A DNA stretch of 64,000 nucleotides from Acetatifactor sp. (GTDB taxonomy: Bacteria; Bacillota; Clostridia; Lachnospirales; Lachnospiraceae): positions 8,848 through 72,847 of the forward strand of contig JBGVLR010000187.1 of assembly GCA_045124375.1 (NCBI GenBank), given 5' to 3'. Shown one piece after another: positions 39,376 to 50,064 of the stretch (its first letter is position 1; the number at the start of each line of letters is the position of its first letter). The translations under genes were made by a program, and so were the position numbers. Below the pieces are notes generated by a model. That model was given only the letters and a program-made list of their open reading frames with translations, did no database searches and had not been told where the DNA came from.

Positions 39376-39837
39376 ATGGATAGAAAAGATCACATAGGCT
39401 TTGAACTTCGGGGAATTCAGAATCTGATCAGTGAGATCATGAAAGCAGACCGGGAACAGGACAGTATCTGTGTTACACAGCTGCAGCACTGGATCATCCG
39501 TTATCTGGACGAACATCGAGATCAGGATGTCTTTCAGAAGGATCTGGAAGAGGCTTTTCAGTCATCACGGGCAACGATATCCAATACGCTGCAGGTGATG
39601 GAGCGGAATGGTCTGATCGAGCGGAAAGCCGTACAGCATGATGCCCGCTTAAAGAAGCTGAATCTGACAGAGAGTTCTGAGGAATTTACCAGAAGAGCAA
39701 GGCAGAATGTGGAAAGGATGGAAGCATTGCTTCGGAAAGGGATGATGAAGGAAGAAGAGCAGGTTTTTATGGAAACGTTGCGGCGCATTCATCATAACCT
39801 GGAAGAAGAATTACAGAATATCAGAAGGGAGAACTAA
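39376..39837 (+). CDS. MarR family regulator
   Basis: QKDLEEAF...RATISNTLQVMERNGLIER...DARLK; AAGGAGG RBS. Confidence 0.95.
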   Translation: MDRKDHIGFELRGIQNLISEIMKADREQDSICVTQLQHWIIRYLDEHRDQDVFQKDLEEAFQSSRATISNTLQVMERNGLIERKAVQHDARLKKLNLTESSEEFTRRARQNVERMEALLRKGMMKEEEQVFMETLRRIHHNLEEELQNIRREN

Positions 39838-39839
39838 TT

Positions 39840-41588
39840 ATGCTTAAGACGCTTGGAGCGCAAATTAAGGAATTTAAACTTCCCAGTATTATCACACCTC
39901 TGTGTATGATGCTGGAGGTAATCATGGAAATGATTATTCCGCTGATGATGGCATCTATCGTAGATAACGGCATCGAGGCGGGGAACATGACCCATATTTA
40001 TAAAATGGGAGGATGCATGGTGCTGGCAGCGATTGTATCCTTGTCATCAGGCTTTGCAGGTGGGTATTTCGGTGCAAAGGCATCTACCGGTTTTGCCAGG
40101 AATTTAAGAGAGGCCATGTTCATCAATATTCAGAACTTCTCTTTTTCCAACATAGACAAATTCAGTACGGCAGGTCTTGTAACACGTCTGACCACAGATG
40201 TTACCAACCTGCAGAACGCATATCAGATGATCTTAAGAATGTGTGTCAGGGCGCCGTTTACATTGATCTGCGCCATGTGCATGGCCTTTTTCATCAGTCC
40301 CAAGGTGGCAAGTATTTATCTTATAGCGGTGCTGGTACTGGGGGCATGTCTGTTCTTTATTTCTTCAAGGACAATGAAGACTTTTAACAGTATTTTTAAG
40401 AAATACGATGCACTGAACGCCAGTGTGCAGGAAAATGTGTCTGCGATCCGTGTGGTAAAAGCCTATGTCAGAGAAGACTATGAGGTGGAAAAATTCAAAA
40501 AGGCAAGCGAAATGCTGAGGAAGCTTTTTACCAAGGCAGAGAATGTGTTGGCGTTAAATAGTCCACTGATGCAGCTTACCGTATACAGCTGTATCCTCTT
40601 GATCAGCTACATGGGAGCGAAGATGATCGTAGTGGGCGATATGTCTACCGGTGATCTGATGAGTCTTCTCACCTATTGTATGAATATTTTGTCCAGCCTG
40701 ATGATGCTTTCCATGATTTTCGTCATGGTGACTATGAGTATGGCCAGTGCGGAACGTATCTGTGAAGTACTGAATGAAAAGAGCGACCTTGTGAATCCGG
40801 AAAATCCTCTGTATCAGGTGGAAGACGGAAGCATTCGTTTTGAACATGTTTCTTTCCGTTATAATAAAGAAAGTAAGGAACCGGTACTTTCTGATATTAA
40901 TCTGGAAATCAAATCAGGAGAGACCATCGGTATTCTGGGAGGAACGGGAAGTGCCAAGACCAGCCTTATAAATCTGATCAGCAGGCTTTATGATGTGTCA
41001 GAAGGAAGTGTAATGGTAGGCGGCAGAGATGTGAGAACGTATGATATAGAGACGCTTCGTAATGAAGTTGCTGTTGTATTGCAGAAGAATGTACTGTTTT
41101 CGGGAACAATTTTAGAGAATCTTCGCTGGGGAGATGAAAATGCCACAGAGGAGGAATGTATCCGTGCCTGCAGGCTTGCCTGTGCAGATGAATTTATCGA
41201 GAGAATGCCGCAGGGGTATGATACATATATCGAACAGGGCGGTACTAATGTATCCGGCGGACAGAAACAGAGGCTTTGTATTGCAAGAGCACTGCTTAAG
41301 AAGCCGAAGATTCTGATCCTGGATGACAGCACCAGCGCAGTTGATACAGCTACGGATGCTAAGATCAGGAAGGCTTTTGCAGAAGAAATTCCGGGGACGA
41401 CCAAGATTATCATTGCTCAGCGAATCTCCAGTATTGAACATGCAGACAGGGTGATCGTCATGGAGGACGGTAAGGTAAATGCATTCGATACGCCGAAAAG
41501 ATTACTTGCGGAGAATGCTATTTATAAGGATGTCTATGAGCAGCAGACCTCCGGCGGCGGAGACTTTGACGAGAAAGGAGAGATGTAA
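39840..41588 (+). CDS. Heterodimeric ABC exporter subunit (degenerate site)
   Basis: TMD+NBD; GGTGSAKT, VSGGQ, LDD, AQR. Confidence 0.95.
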   Translation: MLKTLGAQIKEFKLPSIITPLCMMLEVIMEMIIPLMMASIVDNGIEAGNMTHIYKMGGCMVLAAIVSLSSGFAGGYFGAKASTGFARNLREAMFINIQNFSFSNIDKFSTAGLVTRLTTDVTNLQNAYQMILRMCVRAPFTLICAMCMAFFISPKVASIYLIAVLVLGACLFFISSRTMKTFNSIFKKYDALNASVQENVSAIRVVKAYVREDYEVEKFKKASEMLRKLFTKAENVLALNSPLMQLTVYSCILLISYMGAKMIVVGDMSTGDLMSLLTYCMNILSSLMMLSMIFVMVTMSMASAERICEVLNEKSDLVNPENPLYQVEDGSIRFEHVSFRYNKESKEPVLSDINLEIKSGETIGILGGTGSAKTSLINLISRLYDVSEGSVMVGGRDVRTYDIETLRNEVAVVLQKNVLFSGTILENLRWGDENATEEECIRACRLACADEFIERMPQGYDTYIEQGGTNVSGGQKQRLCIARALLKKPKILILDDSTSAVDTATDAKIRKAFAEEIPGTTKIIIAQRISSIEHADRVIVMEDGKVNAFDTPKRLLAENAIYKDVYEQQTSGGGDFDEKGEM

Positions 41589-41589
41589 G

Positions 41590-43491
41590 ATGGCACCAGG
41601 CAGACCACCTATGAGAGGACCGAAACCGAAACTGGAAAATCCGGGAGGTCTTTTCATCAGATTAATGAAATTTGTTTTGAAAGATTACGCATTGGCTGCA
41701 GTTGTGGTACTTGTGTGTATCGTGGTATCCGTACTGGCCAGTGTTCAGGGAACTATGTTCATGCAGACCCTGATTGACGATTATATTACTCCTCTGATCG
41801 GGCAGCAGAATCCGGATTTTTCGGGTTTACTGCATGCAATCGCAAGGGTGGCATGTTTCTATGCCATCGGTGTAGCGGCCGCTTATATCCAGTCCAGGAT
41901 CATGGTTGTGATCACCCAGGGCATGCTGTGCAATTTCAGGGATGCATTGTTTGTGCATATGGAAAGTTTGCCGATCAGTTATTTTGATCAGCATCCTCAT
42001 GGGGATATTATGTCCATCTACATCAATGATACGGATACCTTGAGGCAGATGATCAGCCAGTCCATACCGCAGCTGATCAACAGTGCGATTACCATTGTCA
42101 GTGTCTTTATCAGTATGATCAGGCTGAGCGTTCCGCTGACGGCGGTGACCATGGTTATGGTAATCATCATGTTGATCGCAACGAAGAAAGTGACAGGGCT
42201 TTCCGGAAGCAACTTCGTAGGGCAGCAGAGGGCATTGGGAAATGTCAACGGCTACATCGAAGAAATGATGAACGGTCAGAAGGTGGTAAAGGTATTTTGC
42301 CACGAAGAGACCGCTATTGAAGAGTTTAAGAAGAGAAATAACGAATTGTATGAAAATGCCAACAGGGCAAACCGTTATGCCAATGTAATGGGACCGATCA
42401 ATGCACAGCTGGGTAATATGAGTTATGTACTCTGTGCAATGGTAGGCGGTGTCCTGGCATTAAACGGCTGGACCGGTCTGACAATCGGTAAACTGGCAAG
42501 TTTCCTGACCTTTAATAAGAGCTTTAATATGCCGATCAATCAGATATCCATGCAGTTTAACAGCATTATTATGGCGCTGGCCGGTGCGGACAGAATCTTT
42601 AAGCTGTTGGATGAAAAGCCTGAGGTAGATGAGGGATATGTAACCCTTGTATGTGCTGAAAAAGAAGGAGATAAACTGACAGAGGTACCTTACAGAACCG
42701 GTACCTGGGCATGGAAGCATCCTCACAAGGCAGAGGGTACGGTTACTTATCAGGAGCTGACCGGAGATGTTGTCTTTGATGGTGTGGACTTTGGTTATAT
42801 TCCGGAGAAAATCGTTCTGCATGATGTAAAACTGTATGCGACTCCCGGCCAGAAGATCGCTTTCGTAGGCTCTACCGGCGCAGGAAAGACCACGATAACC
42901 AATCTGATCAATCGCTTCTATGATATTCAGGATGGTAAGATCCGTTATGACGGTATCAACATCAATAAGATTAAGAAGGCTGATCTGAGACGTTCGCTGG
43001 GTATTGTTTTGCAGGATACTCATCTGTTTACCGGAACGGTAATGGAGAACATCCGCTACGGTAAACTGGATGCTACGGATGAAGAAGTCTATGCAGCTGC
43101 AAAGCTTGCCAATGCAGACAGCTTTATCAATCGTCTGCCTCAGGGATACCAGACGGTACTGACCGGAGACGGCAGTAACTTAAGCCAGGGACAGCGTCAG
43201 CTGCTTGCCATTGCCAGAGCAGCTGTTGCCGATCCGCCTGTATTGATCCTGGATGAGGCTACCTCCTCCATTGATACCCGTACCGAGCGCATTGTTCAGG
43301 ATGGTATGGATAAGCTGATGAAAGGCCGTACCACTTTTGTAATTGCGCACCGCCTGTCTACAGTACGTAACAGCGACTGTATCATGGTTCTGGAGCAGGG
43401 ACGCATCATTGAGAGAGGTACCCATGATGATCTGATTGAACAGAAAGGGAAGTATTATCAGCTGTATACCGGAGCGGTGGCAGCAGAGTAA
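41590..43491 (+). CDS. Heterodimeric ABC exporter subunit (consensus site)
   Basis: TMD+NBD; GSTGAGKT, LSQGQ, LDEAT, AHR. Confidence 0.95.
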   Translation: MAPGRPPMRGPKPKLENPGGLFIRLMKFVLKDYALAAVVVLVCIVVSVLASVQGTMFMQTLIDDYITPLIGQQNPDFSGLLHAIARVACFYAIGVAAAYIQSRIMVVITQGMLCNFRDALFVHMESLPISYFDQHPHGDIMSIYINDTDTLRQMISQSIPQLINSAITIVSVFISMIRLSVPLTAVTMVMVIIMLIATKKVTGLSGSNFVGQQRALGNVNGYIEEMMNGQKVVKVFCHEETAIEEFKKRNNELYENANRANRYANVMGPINAQLGNMSYVLCAMVGGVLALNGWTGLTIGKLASFLTFNKSFNMPINQISMQFNSIIMALAGADRIFKLLDEKPEVDEGYVTLVCAEKEGDKLTEVPYRTGTWAWKHPHKAEGTVTYQELTGDVVFDGVDFGYIPEKIVLHDVKLYATPGQKIAFVGSTGAGKTTITNLINRFYDIQDGKIRYDGININKIKKADLRRSLGIVLQDTHLFTGTVMENIRYGKLDATDEEVYAAAKLANADSFINRLPQGYQTVLTGDGSNLSQGQRQLLAIARAAVADPPVLILDEATSSIDTRTERIVQDGMDKLMKGRTTFVIAHRLSTVRNSDCIMVLEQGRIIERGTHDDLIEQKGKYYQLYTGAVAAE

Positions 43492-43495
43492 GAGA

Positions 43496-43553
43496 CATAA
43501 GCCAGGGAGCCGCATACTTTCTTTGAGGGAAGCATGCGGCTCCTTGGCTTATG
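43496..43553. terminator. Long hairpin between convergent genes
   Basis: CATAAGCCAGGGAGCCGCAT...ATGCGGCTCCTTGGCTTATG. Confidence 0.8.
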
Positions 43554-43558
43554 TTACA

Positions 43559-43798
43559 CTAATTGTTTTTATGCAGTTTCAGATAGATTTTATCACAGTC
43601 ATATTCCGGTGCAAATTCTTTTGCAGCTTCACAGATTCTTTCAATAACATCCAAGTCTTCTTCCAAGGCTTCTGCTATTACTTCAGGGGAAGTTCCTCTG
43701 TCCAGCTTCTTGCAGACTTGACTGATTAACTTCATTTTCTCACCACGAGCTTGACCGCGGACTTGACCACGAGCTTCACCAATCTCAATCAAATTCAT
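43559..43798 (-). CDS. Putative internally initiated RpnS-like antitoxin, 79 aa
   Basis: GGGAGG-CTGTAAAA-ATG; GEARGQVRGQARGE repeats then an HTH-like EVIAEALEED segment. Confidence 0.62.
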   Translation of the reverse strand: MNLIEIGEARGQVRGQARGEKMKLISQVCKKLDRGTSPEVIAEALEEDLDVIERICEAAKEFAPEYDCDKIYLKLHKNN

Positions 43799-44375
43799 TT
43801 TTACAGCCTCCCATTCTTCTGACTGCTTCACTTCCTGTACGATTTCATCCAATCGGACAATCCGATCATCCTTCACTGTAATTTCCGGGTTATCCAGGCG
43901 GGTATTCTTCATGTATTGAAGCAGACTTACCAATTCAGGCCGACCATTTTTGCTGGTCATGTTCAAGAAACAGTGTGATAAAGATAATAATTGTGGCCGG
44001 CAGATTCTTGTAGCGTGTCTCTTTTCCGGCTTTTAATATGGGCGTATCCATCAATCCCTGATAAAATCGAGAGCGCTTTCTTACATCATCAGAATCTGTG
44101 TCATTCTGCATCTCTGTATTAATCTGGCGATGTTTTTTGTCTATCGCCCACGCATCCAGCCGAATTGCCCGCTTTCCGCTTTTGTTCAGAACCACCTGTT
44201 CCACTTTTACTTCTTCCAGTTCCAGATCTTCTTCACCTAGAGTTATACTCATGGTACATTGATAAGCTTCTTTGATTTTCATAACAGATAGAAATAAAGC
44301 AAAGTTGCTCAAATTCACATCGCAGTTTTCAGGAATGTCCGGTTCTTCCTGCTGCATTTTCAGGTTCTCTTCCAT
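43559..44375 (-). pseudogene. Rpn-family PD-(D/E)xK nuclease, split by a frameshift (probable internal deletion)
   Basis: IRLDAWA...NTEMQ...KRSRFYQGLMD...IIIFIT in one frame, NMTSKNG...EEWEAVKM in another; junction near 43970. Confidence 0.85.
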
Positions 44376-44727
44376 AATTCGCTTCCTTTCTATGTGCAGG
44401 AAGCGTCTAAGCTCCCTGCTATTGTAAATATTGGGTAATTAAGCAAGGAGTTCTTTTGCCATTCGGCAATTCAGAATCTTAGAATTTTGATGTGATTATT
44501 TCTTCTGATATCACATAGATACCGTGATATCGCATAAAGAAAACACCGGTGTATTGGTGAATTCTTAATTTAGAGTGCATCGATATAATAGACGGTCACT
44601 CCAAAGGCAACATGGTGGGAAAATCGGTCGTATGGTTACTTCATATCCTTCACCATAAGTTATTGCTGTCTAAATAAAACGTGCAGCAGTTAAAATAATC
44701 ACAATAGATTTGAATTCATTGCTTATA
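44376..44727 (-). ncRNA. Candidate structured leader RNA of the Rpn gene (copy 2, extended)
   Basis: Shared motif 44458-44484, hairpins, RBS-occluding stem CGCTTCCT/AGGAAGCG; TTGCAT-17-TAATCT promoter near 44731-44759. Confidence 0.55.
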
Positions 44728-44882
44728 CAAAGATTAACACAATTTCGGATGAAATGCAATCTTTTTGTGGATTTTAGGAAGCATTTATTGCCATTCAGTT
44801 ATCATCTTGATTTTGGCACTGTTGGCGTAGAGTGAACGGTAACTACTTTATCACGCCATTAATGATCCACCCAAGAAAAAAG

Positions 44883-44942
44883 TTGACAAAAGGAAAAAGT
44901 TAGTATATTATTAGGAAAACGATTTCCAAAGAAAACGTTTTC
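44883..44942 (+). promoter_or_regulatory. SigA promoter with two LacI-type operators
   Basis: TTGACA-17-TATTAT; GGAAAACGATTTCC (44914-44927) and GAAAACGTTTTC (44931-44942). Confidence 0.8.
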
Positions 44943-45002
44943 CAGATTTTCTGATGAATAAATAGATTTAAAATAAAGGGGAATTTTTAAGGAGGGGCAG
45001 AG

Positions 45003-45992
45003 ATGGTATCAATCAAAGATGTAGCAAAGCATGCGGGAGTAGCGGTTTCCACGGTTTCGAAGGTATTGAATCATTATCCCAATATCAGTGACGAGACCAG
45101 AACTAAAGTGGCCGCGGCAGTAGAACAGCTGCAGTTTGTACCCAATACGGTAGCGGCTGCGTTGTCCTCCAAGCAGGCAGGAAGAGCTGCATTGTTGATT
45201 CATCTTAACAACAGTACCCAGGCAATTGACGAGATCAGTATGCAGTACATTGCAGGTGCCGTGCATGAGGCCAAGGAGAGAAAGCTGGACATTATCACCA
45301 TTTTCTTTTCCATGATTGAAGAAATGAGTCTGGAGGAGTTGACCGTATATCTGAAGTCCCAGAATATCACAGGGCTGATCATCTGCGGGATTAATAGGGA
45401 ATGCAGGGCACTTAGTGCACTTGTGGAAAAGCAGATTTTCAAGACGGTAATGGTGGATGCACCGCTGATCAATGAGAGTACTTCCTGTGTGTGGGTGGAT
45501 CAGAAGCAGGCACAGATGGAGGTAGCCCGCAAGACCATTCTGGACAATAATGGACACAGGATTCTTTATTTATCCGGAAAAAAGAACGGATATGTGGCAG
45601 AACTGAGAGCTAAGGGAATGGAGGAGCTGGCCAAAGAGCTGAATCTGCAGCTGATGGTAAAATGCGGTAATTTCAGCGAGCTTCAGGCCAGAAAATTGAC
45701 TTTTGAATATGGAAAAGACAGAGATGTCATTGTATGTGCATCGGACCTGATGGCCATCGGGGCCATGCGGGCATTGACGGAAATGGATATTTTCCGTCCG
45801 GTCTGCGGATTTGACGGAATTACCCTGATGGGGTATGCCGGAAAGCAGATGAATACCGTCAGACAGGATTTCTATGCCATTGCTGCCAAAGCAGTGGAAG
45901 AATTACAGTATCTGATGCATGGAGGAGAAGGACGGGAAGTCATTATGCCCCATACACTTGTCAGATTGAAATATGAAGATATTATTTGTTAA
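45003..45992 (+). CDS. LacI family regulator
   Basis: SIKDVAKHAGVAVSTVSKVLN, SDLMAIG, GFDG. Confidence 0.96.
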   Translation: MVSIKDVAKHAGVAVSTVSKVLNHYPNISDETRTKVAAAVEQLQFVPNTVAAALSSKQAGRAALLIHLNNSTQAIDEISMQYIAGAVHEAKERKLDIITIFFSMIEEMSLEELTVYLKSQNITGLIICGINRECRALSALVEKQIFKTVMVDAPLINESTSCVWVDQKQAQMEVARKTILDNNGHRILYLSGKKNGYVAELRAKGMEELAKELNLQLMVKCGNFSELQARKLTFEYGKDRDVIVCASDLMAIGAMRALTEMDIFRPVCGFDGITLMGYAGKQMNTVRQDFYAIAAKAVEELQYLMHGGEGREVIMPHTLVRLKYEDIIC

Positions 45993-46122
45993 AAAACTGA
46001 GAGAGATATCATTTGCGCGGGAGTATAAAGTAATGCTTCCGGGGCATTGATATAGATAATTAGAAAGTTTGAGGAGAGAAAAAATTTTCACAAGATCGAA
46101 AAGGTCGGAACTGGAGGAAGAC

Positions 46123-48396
46123 ATGAACGTAGAAGCAAAAATCACTGGTTGGGCCAATCAGCTTTATCAGAAACAGATTGAAGATTGCAGTGACAAGGAA
46201 CTGTATTATGTACTGCTGAATGTCTGTAAGGAAATGATGGCCGATAAGAAAGCGATTACCGGAGAAAAGAAAGTATATTATATTTCTGCGGAATTTTTGA
46301 TTGGTAAGCTGTTAAGCAACAACCTGCTCAATCTTGGCGTATATGAAGAGGTGCAGAAGCTTTTGGCATCAAAAGGAAAAGCCTTAAGCGCTGTGGAAGA
46401 GGCAGAGCCTGAACCTTCACTGGGAAATGGCGGTCTTGGAAGACTGGCAGCCTGCTTCCTTGATTCCATCGCGACCCTGGGACTTCCGGGAGATGGTGTG
46501 GGTCTGAATTATCATTTTGGACTTTTTAAGCAGGTATTTGATGATAAATTACAGAAAGCCGAGAAGAATGACTGGATAGAGAAGCAGTCCTGGCTGACAA
46601 AGACGGATGTGACCTATGAGGTAGCTTTCGGTGAGAGAAAAGTAAAGAGCCGCATGTACGATATTGATGTGGTGGGATATGAAAACGGTGTGAATAAACT
46701 GCACCTGTTTGACCTGGAAACAATAGATGAATCTCTGGTAAAGGAAGGTATTTCTTTTGACAAAGAAGCCATTGAAAAGAACCTGACATTATTCCTTTAT
46801 CCGGATGATTCTGATGAAGCAGGCAATATGCTGCGTATTTATCAGCAGTATTTCATGGTCAGCAATGCTGCACAACTGATTCTGGCCGAAATGAAGCAGA
46901 AAGGCTATGACCTTCACAAGCTGCCTGAACATGCTGTGATACAGATCAATGATACCCACCCTACCATGGTGATTCCGGAATTGATCAGAATCCTGACAGA
47001 GCAGGAAGGATTCAGCATGGCAGAGGCAATTGAAGTCGTAAGCAACACTTGTGCTTATACCAACCACACCATCCTTTCAGAGGCGCTGGAGAAGTGGCCC
47101 TTAAAGTATCTGGAAGCTGCTGTACCTCAGCTGATTCCCATAATCAAAGCTTTGGATGTCCGCATCCGCAAGATGTATCCGGATCCCAGGGTACAGATCA
47201 TTGATGATGAGAAGAGAGTACACATGGCTCACATTGATATTCACTATGGATTCTCTGTAAACGGTGTAGCTGCTATCCATACAGATATTCTGAAAGAAAC
47301 GGAATTAAATCATTTTTACAAGATTTATCCGTACAAATTTAATAATAAAACCAACGGTATCACATTCCGCAGATGGCTGATGTCCTGTAACAGAGAACTG
47401 ACAGAACTGCTTACCAATACCATTGGAGATGGTTTTAAGAAGGATGCCACAGAGCTTGAAAAACTGCTTGCATATCGTGAGGATAAGACAGTTTTGGATG
47501 CTATTTCTGCAATCAAGTGGAAAAAGAAGAAAGAACTGGTAGCTTATATCGCAGAACACGAGGGTATTGAGCTGGATCCTCATGCTATCTTTGATATCCA
47601 GATCAAGAGAATGCATGAGTATAAGCGTCAGCAGATGAATGCATTGTATATTATTCACAAGTATCTGGAGATTAAGGGCGGCAAGAAGCCTGCAAGACCG
47701 ATCGCATTTATTTTTGGTGCCAAAGCAGCACCTGCTTATGTGATCGCACAGGATATCATTCATCTGCTGCTGGTACTGCAGGAAATCGTCAACAATGATC
47801 CTGAGGTATCTCCTTATATGAAAGTATTGATGGTAGAGAATTACAACGTCACTTATGCAGAAAAGCTGATTCCTGCCTGCGATATTTCCGAGCAGATCTC
47901 GCTGGCCAGCAAGGAAGCCAGTGGAACCGGTAACATGAAATTCATGCTGAACGGTGCCGTGACACTGGGAACTGCTGACGGTGCCAATGTTGAGATTCAT
48001 GAGCTGGTAGGCGATGATAATATTTATATTTTCGGTCAAAATAAGGATGTTGTCATCAAGCATTATGCAGACAGAGATTACGTATCCGCAGAATATTACA
48101 ATAACAGCCCTGTTATCAAGGAAGCAGTGGATTTCATCATCGGAGAACAGGCAATGGCTGCAGGTCATTCCGAGAACCTCCACAGACTGCATAAAGAACT
48201 GGTCAATAAAGACTGGTTCATGACACTCCTTGACCTGGAAGATTATATTGCCGTAAAAGATAAGATGCTGAATGACTTCGAGGACCGTGAGAACTGGAAG
48301 AAGATGAGCCTTACCAATATTGCAAAGGCCGGATTCTTCTCCTCTGACAGAACTATTGAACAGTATAATGAAGATATTTGGAAATTGAATGTTTAA
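46123..48396 (+). CDS. glgP: Glycogen/maltodextrin phosphorylase
   Basis: [32 protein letters not shown] site. Confidence 0.93.
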   Translation: MNVEAKITGWANQLYQKQIEDCSDKELYYVLLNVCKEMMADKKAITGEKKVYYISAEFLIGKLLSNNLLNLGVYEEVQKLLASKGKALSAVEEAEPEPSLGNGGLGRLAACFLDSIATLGLPGDGVGLNYHFGLFKQVFDDKLQKAEKNDWIEKQSWLTKTDVTYEVAFGERKVKSRMYDIDVVGYENGVNKLHLFDLETIDESLVKEGISFDKEAIEKNLTLFLYPDDSDEAGNMLRIYQQYFMVSNAAQLILAEMKQKGYDLHKLPEHAVIQINDTHPTMVIPELIRILTEQEGFSMAEAIEVVSNTCAYTNHTILSEALEKWPLKYLEAAVPQLIPIIKALDVRIRKMYPDPRVQIIDDEKRVHMAHIDIHYGFSVNGVAAIHTDILKETELNHFYKIYPYKFNNKTNGITFRRWLMSCNRELTELLTNTIGDGFKKDATELEKLLAYREDKTVLDAISAIKWKKKKELVAYIAEHEGIELDPHAIFDIQIKRMHEYKRQQMNALYIIHKYLEIKGGKKPARPIAFIFGAKAAPAYVIAQDIIHLLLVLQEIVNNDPEVSPYMKVLMVENYNVTYAEKLIPACDISEQISLASKEASGTGNMKFMLNGAVTLGTADGANVEIHELVGDDNIYIFGQNKDVVIKHYADRDYVSAEYYNNSPVIKEAVDFIIGEQAMAAGHSENLHRLHKELVNKDWFMTLLDLEDYIAVKDKMLNDFEDRENWKKMSLTNIAKAGFFSSDRTIEQYNEDIWKLNV

Positions 48397-48415
48397 AGAT
48401 TAAGATGTTAATGGA

Positions 48416-48449
48416 AGCCCCTGCCGGGTTGGAATATTTGGCAGGGGCT
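48416..48449. terminator. Hairpin between convergent genes
   Basis: AGCCCCTGCC...GGCAGGGGCT. Confidence 0.75.
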
Positions 48450-48461
48450 GTTATTTATCTA

Positions 48462-49010
48462 CTATGAAAGGGTCTCGTAAAATCCATAATCAATATAACC
48501 ATGAACATCATCCAGTGCGCCGGGAACGAGTTCCTGAATCATCATACAGTCAACATGCGGCAAATGTATCTTCTCGCCGGCATAGACACCATACGCAGCG
48601 GAGGTTTTGAAACCGCGGGAGTTGTAATTTCTGGGATTGCCTTCTACGAGAACGACCTTGTATCCAAGCTCCTTTGCTTTCTGTAAGCCATATTCGATCA
48701 ATTCCTTAGAAATATGCTGTCGCTGTAACTCGGTTTTCACCGCAACAGGGGATAACAGCAACAGCTCATCCTCGTATCTTCCCTCAATATGGAAGCGTGA
48801 AAACATGGCATATCCGATAATTTCATCGTTTTCATCCGTCATGATCAGGTCCAGCTCGGGAAGGTAGTATTTTTTGGAGCGAATTTCTGCAACCAGGCGT
48901 CTTACCAGATTGCCGTCCTCCGCAGTTTCAGAATCGGTGAAGACTCTTTCCACAAAATCAAGAGAGGCGTCCTTGTATTTTTCAGATACCGTTTTAATAA
49001 TTCTTTCCAT
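48462..49010 (-). CDS. GNAT N-acetyltransferase (YhbS-like)
   Basis: LLLSPVAVKTELQRQHISK, VEGNPRNYNSRGF. Confidence 0.88.
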   Translation of the reverse strand: MERIIKTVSEKYKDASLDFVERVFTDSETAEDGNLVRRLVAEIRSKKYYLPELDLIMTDENDEIIGYAMFSRFHIEGRYEDELLLLSPVAVKTELQRQHISKELIEYGLQKAKELGYKVVLVEGNPRNYNSRGFKTSAAYGVYAGEKIHLPHVDCMMIQELVPGALDDVHGYIDYGFYETLS

Positions 49011-49028
49011 AATATGTTCCTCCGGGTA

Positions 49029-49523
49029 TTACTGATGATAATTTAAAGCCATATATGAGTTATGGTATTCTTTGCAATAAGTGACATCCTGATCGAACCA
49101 CTCCGGCGGGAGGAACGCCTCGGCAGCTTCCTTGCTTCCGAATTCCACCTCTGCCATGATAAGAGGGGCAAAAGGCGGATCAAAGACATCCAGCTCAATG
49201 GTGAGGGTGTAATCCTCAGGCGGAGTAGGCCATCCTTCTTTAAAGCCGGGATGGGGCAGGGGAATCAGATATCTTGTCTTGGATATGATATTGCCGTCTG
49301 CTTTCTCACGCAAATGATAATAGGCTTCTCTGTTCAGGGGAAGATTGCTCTCTTCTCTTGCCATCATTCCTTTCCCTTTATAGGTCAGATAATATTCATC
49401 GTCTTCTTTCCTGACACGAACGACAGGGTCCACACTGAGATAGGCCTGCTCAATGTGGTGATGGGGGTAATCTTCCAGACGTTCGGGAAGCGTTTTTAAG
49501 GTAAATTTTCTTTCTATTTCCAT
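49029..49523 (-). CDS. CYTH domain protein
   Basis: MEIERKF (ExExK), VRVRK, LTYKG, AEVEF. Confidence 0.92.
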   Translation of the reverse strand: MEIERKFTLKTLPERLEDYPHHHIEQAYLSVDPVVRVRKEDDEYYLTYKGKGMMAREESNLPLNREAYYHLREKADGNIISKTRYLIPLPHPGFKEGWPTPPEDYTLTIELDVFDPPFAPLIMAEVEFGSKEAAEAFLPPEWFDQDVTYCKEYHNSYMALNYHQ

Positions 49524-49785
49524 AAATATTAACTCCTGGGTTGGTCGTTGGTAGTAATGTGACTTGGCGGTGGCTGGGGCAGCAGCTGTGGGCGGTATTA
49601 AGGCGCCTGAGCAGAAATGCTGTGGCGGGGATGCTGCCGGTCTGTCGCTTCGCATTTGATTCTGCCCTTTTCGAACATTATACCCCAATATGCGGGAAAA
49701 AACAACTTCTCATCCTTTCCAAAATGAGCGGGTCTGACCATGGAGTGACTTTTCAATCTACATTCTCTTATATAGCTGAAATTCT

Positions 49786-49935
49786 TCTTACCATAAGCCG
49801 GAATATACCCCCTATGGGAAGACTCTGGATTGCACCCTTCAGATTTTCTCTTACCATGAACAGGAATACATCCTCTATGGGAAGAACTTCAGATGGAATT
49901 CTTCAGATTTTTTCGACAATAAGCCTGAGTATAGG
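49786..49935. repeat. 63-bp tandem repeat with internal inverted repeat (2 clear units + 1 degenerate)
   Basis: TCTTACCAT(A/G)-N17-TATGGGAAGA at 49786 and 49849; degenerate unit at 49912. Confidence 0.8.
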
Positions 49936-50064
49936 TTCATTAAGTAAACGATAACAAATTCTCAGAGGAAACCGCTTTTTCAAAAAATAGGGGTGACAGA
50001 TAAAGGAAAAGTTATTATAATAAAAATAGTCAGACAAACCATAATATTATCGGAGGATATTAGA

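Noticed and set aside
49786-49935. Possible mini-CRISPR array (also 7264-7342)
   Set aside because: Too few units, spacers either related or only 20 bp with 13-bp repeats, and no cas genes in the window.
49541-49954. 137-aa ORF across the 63-bp repeat
   Set aside because: TTG start without SD, overlaps a predicted promoter, no recognisable domain; open frame explained by the 63-bp period.
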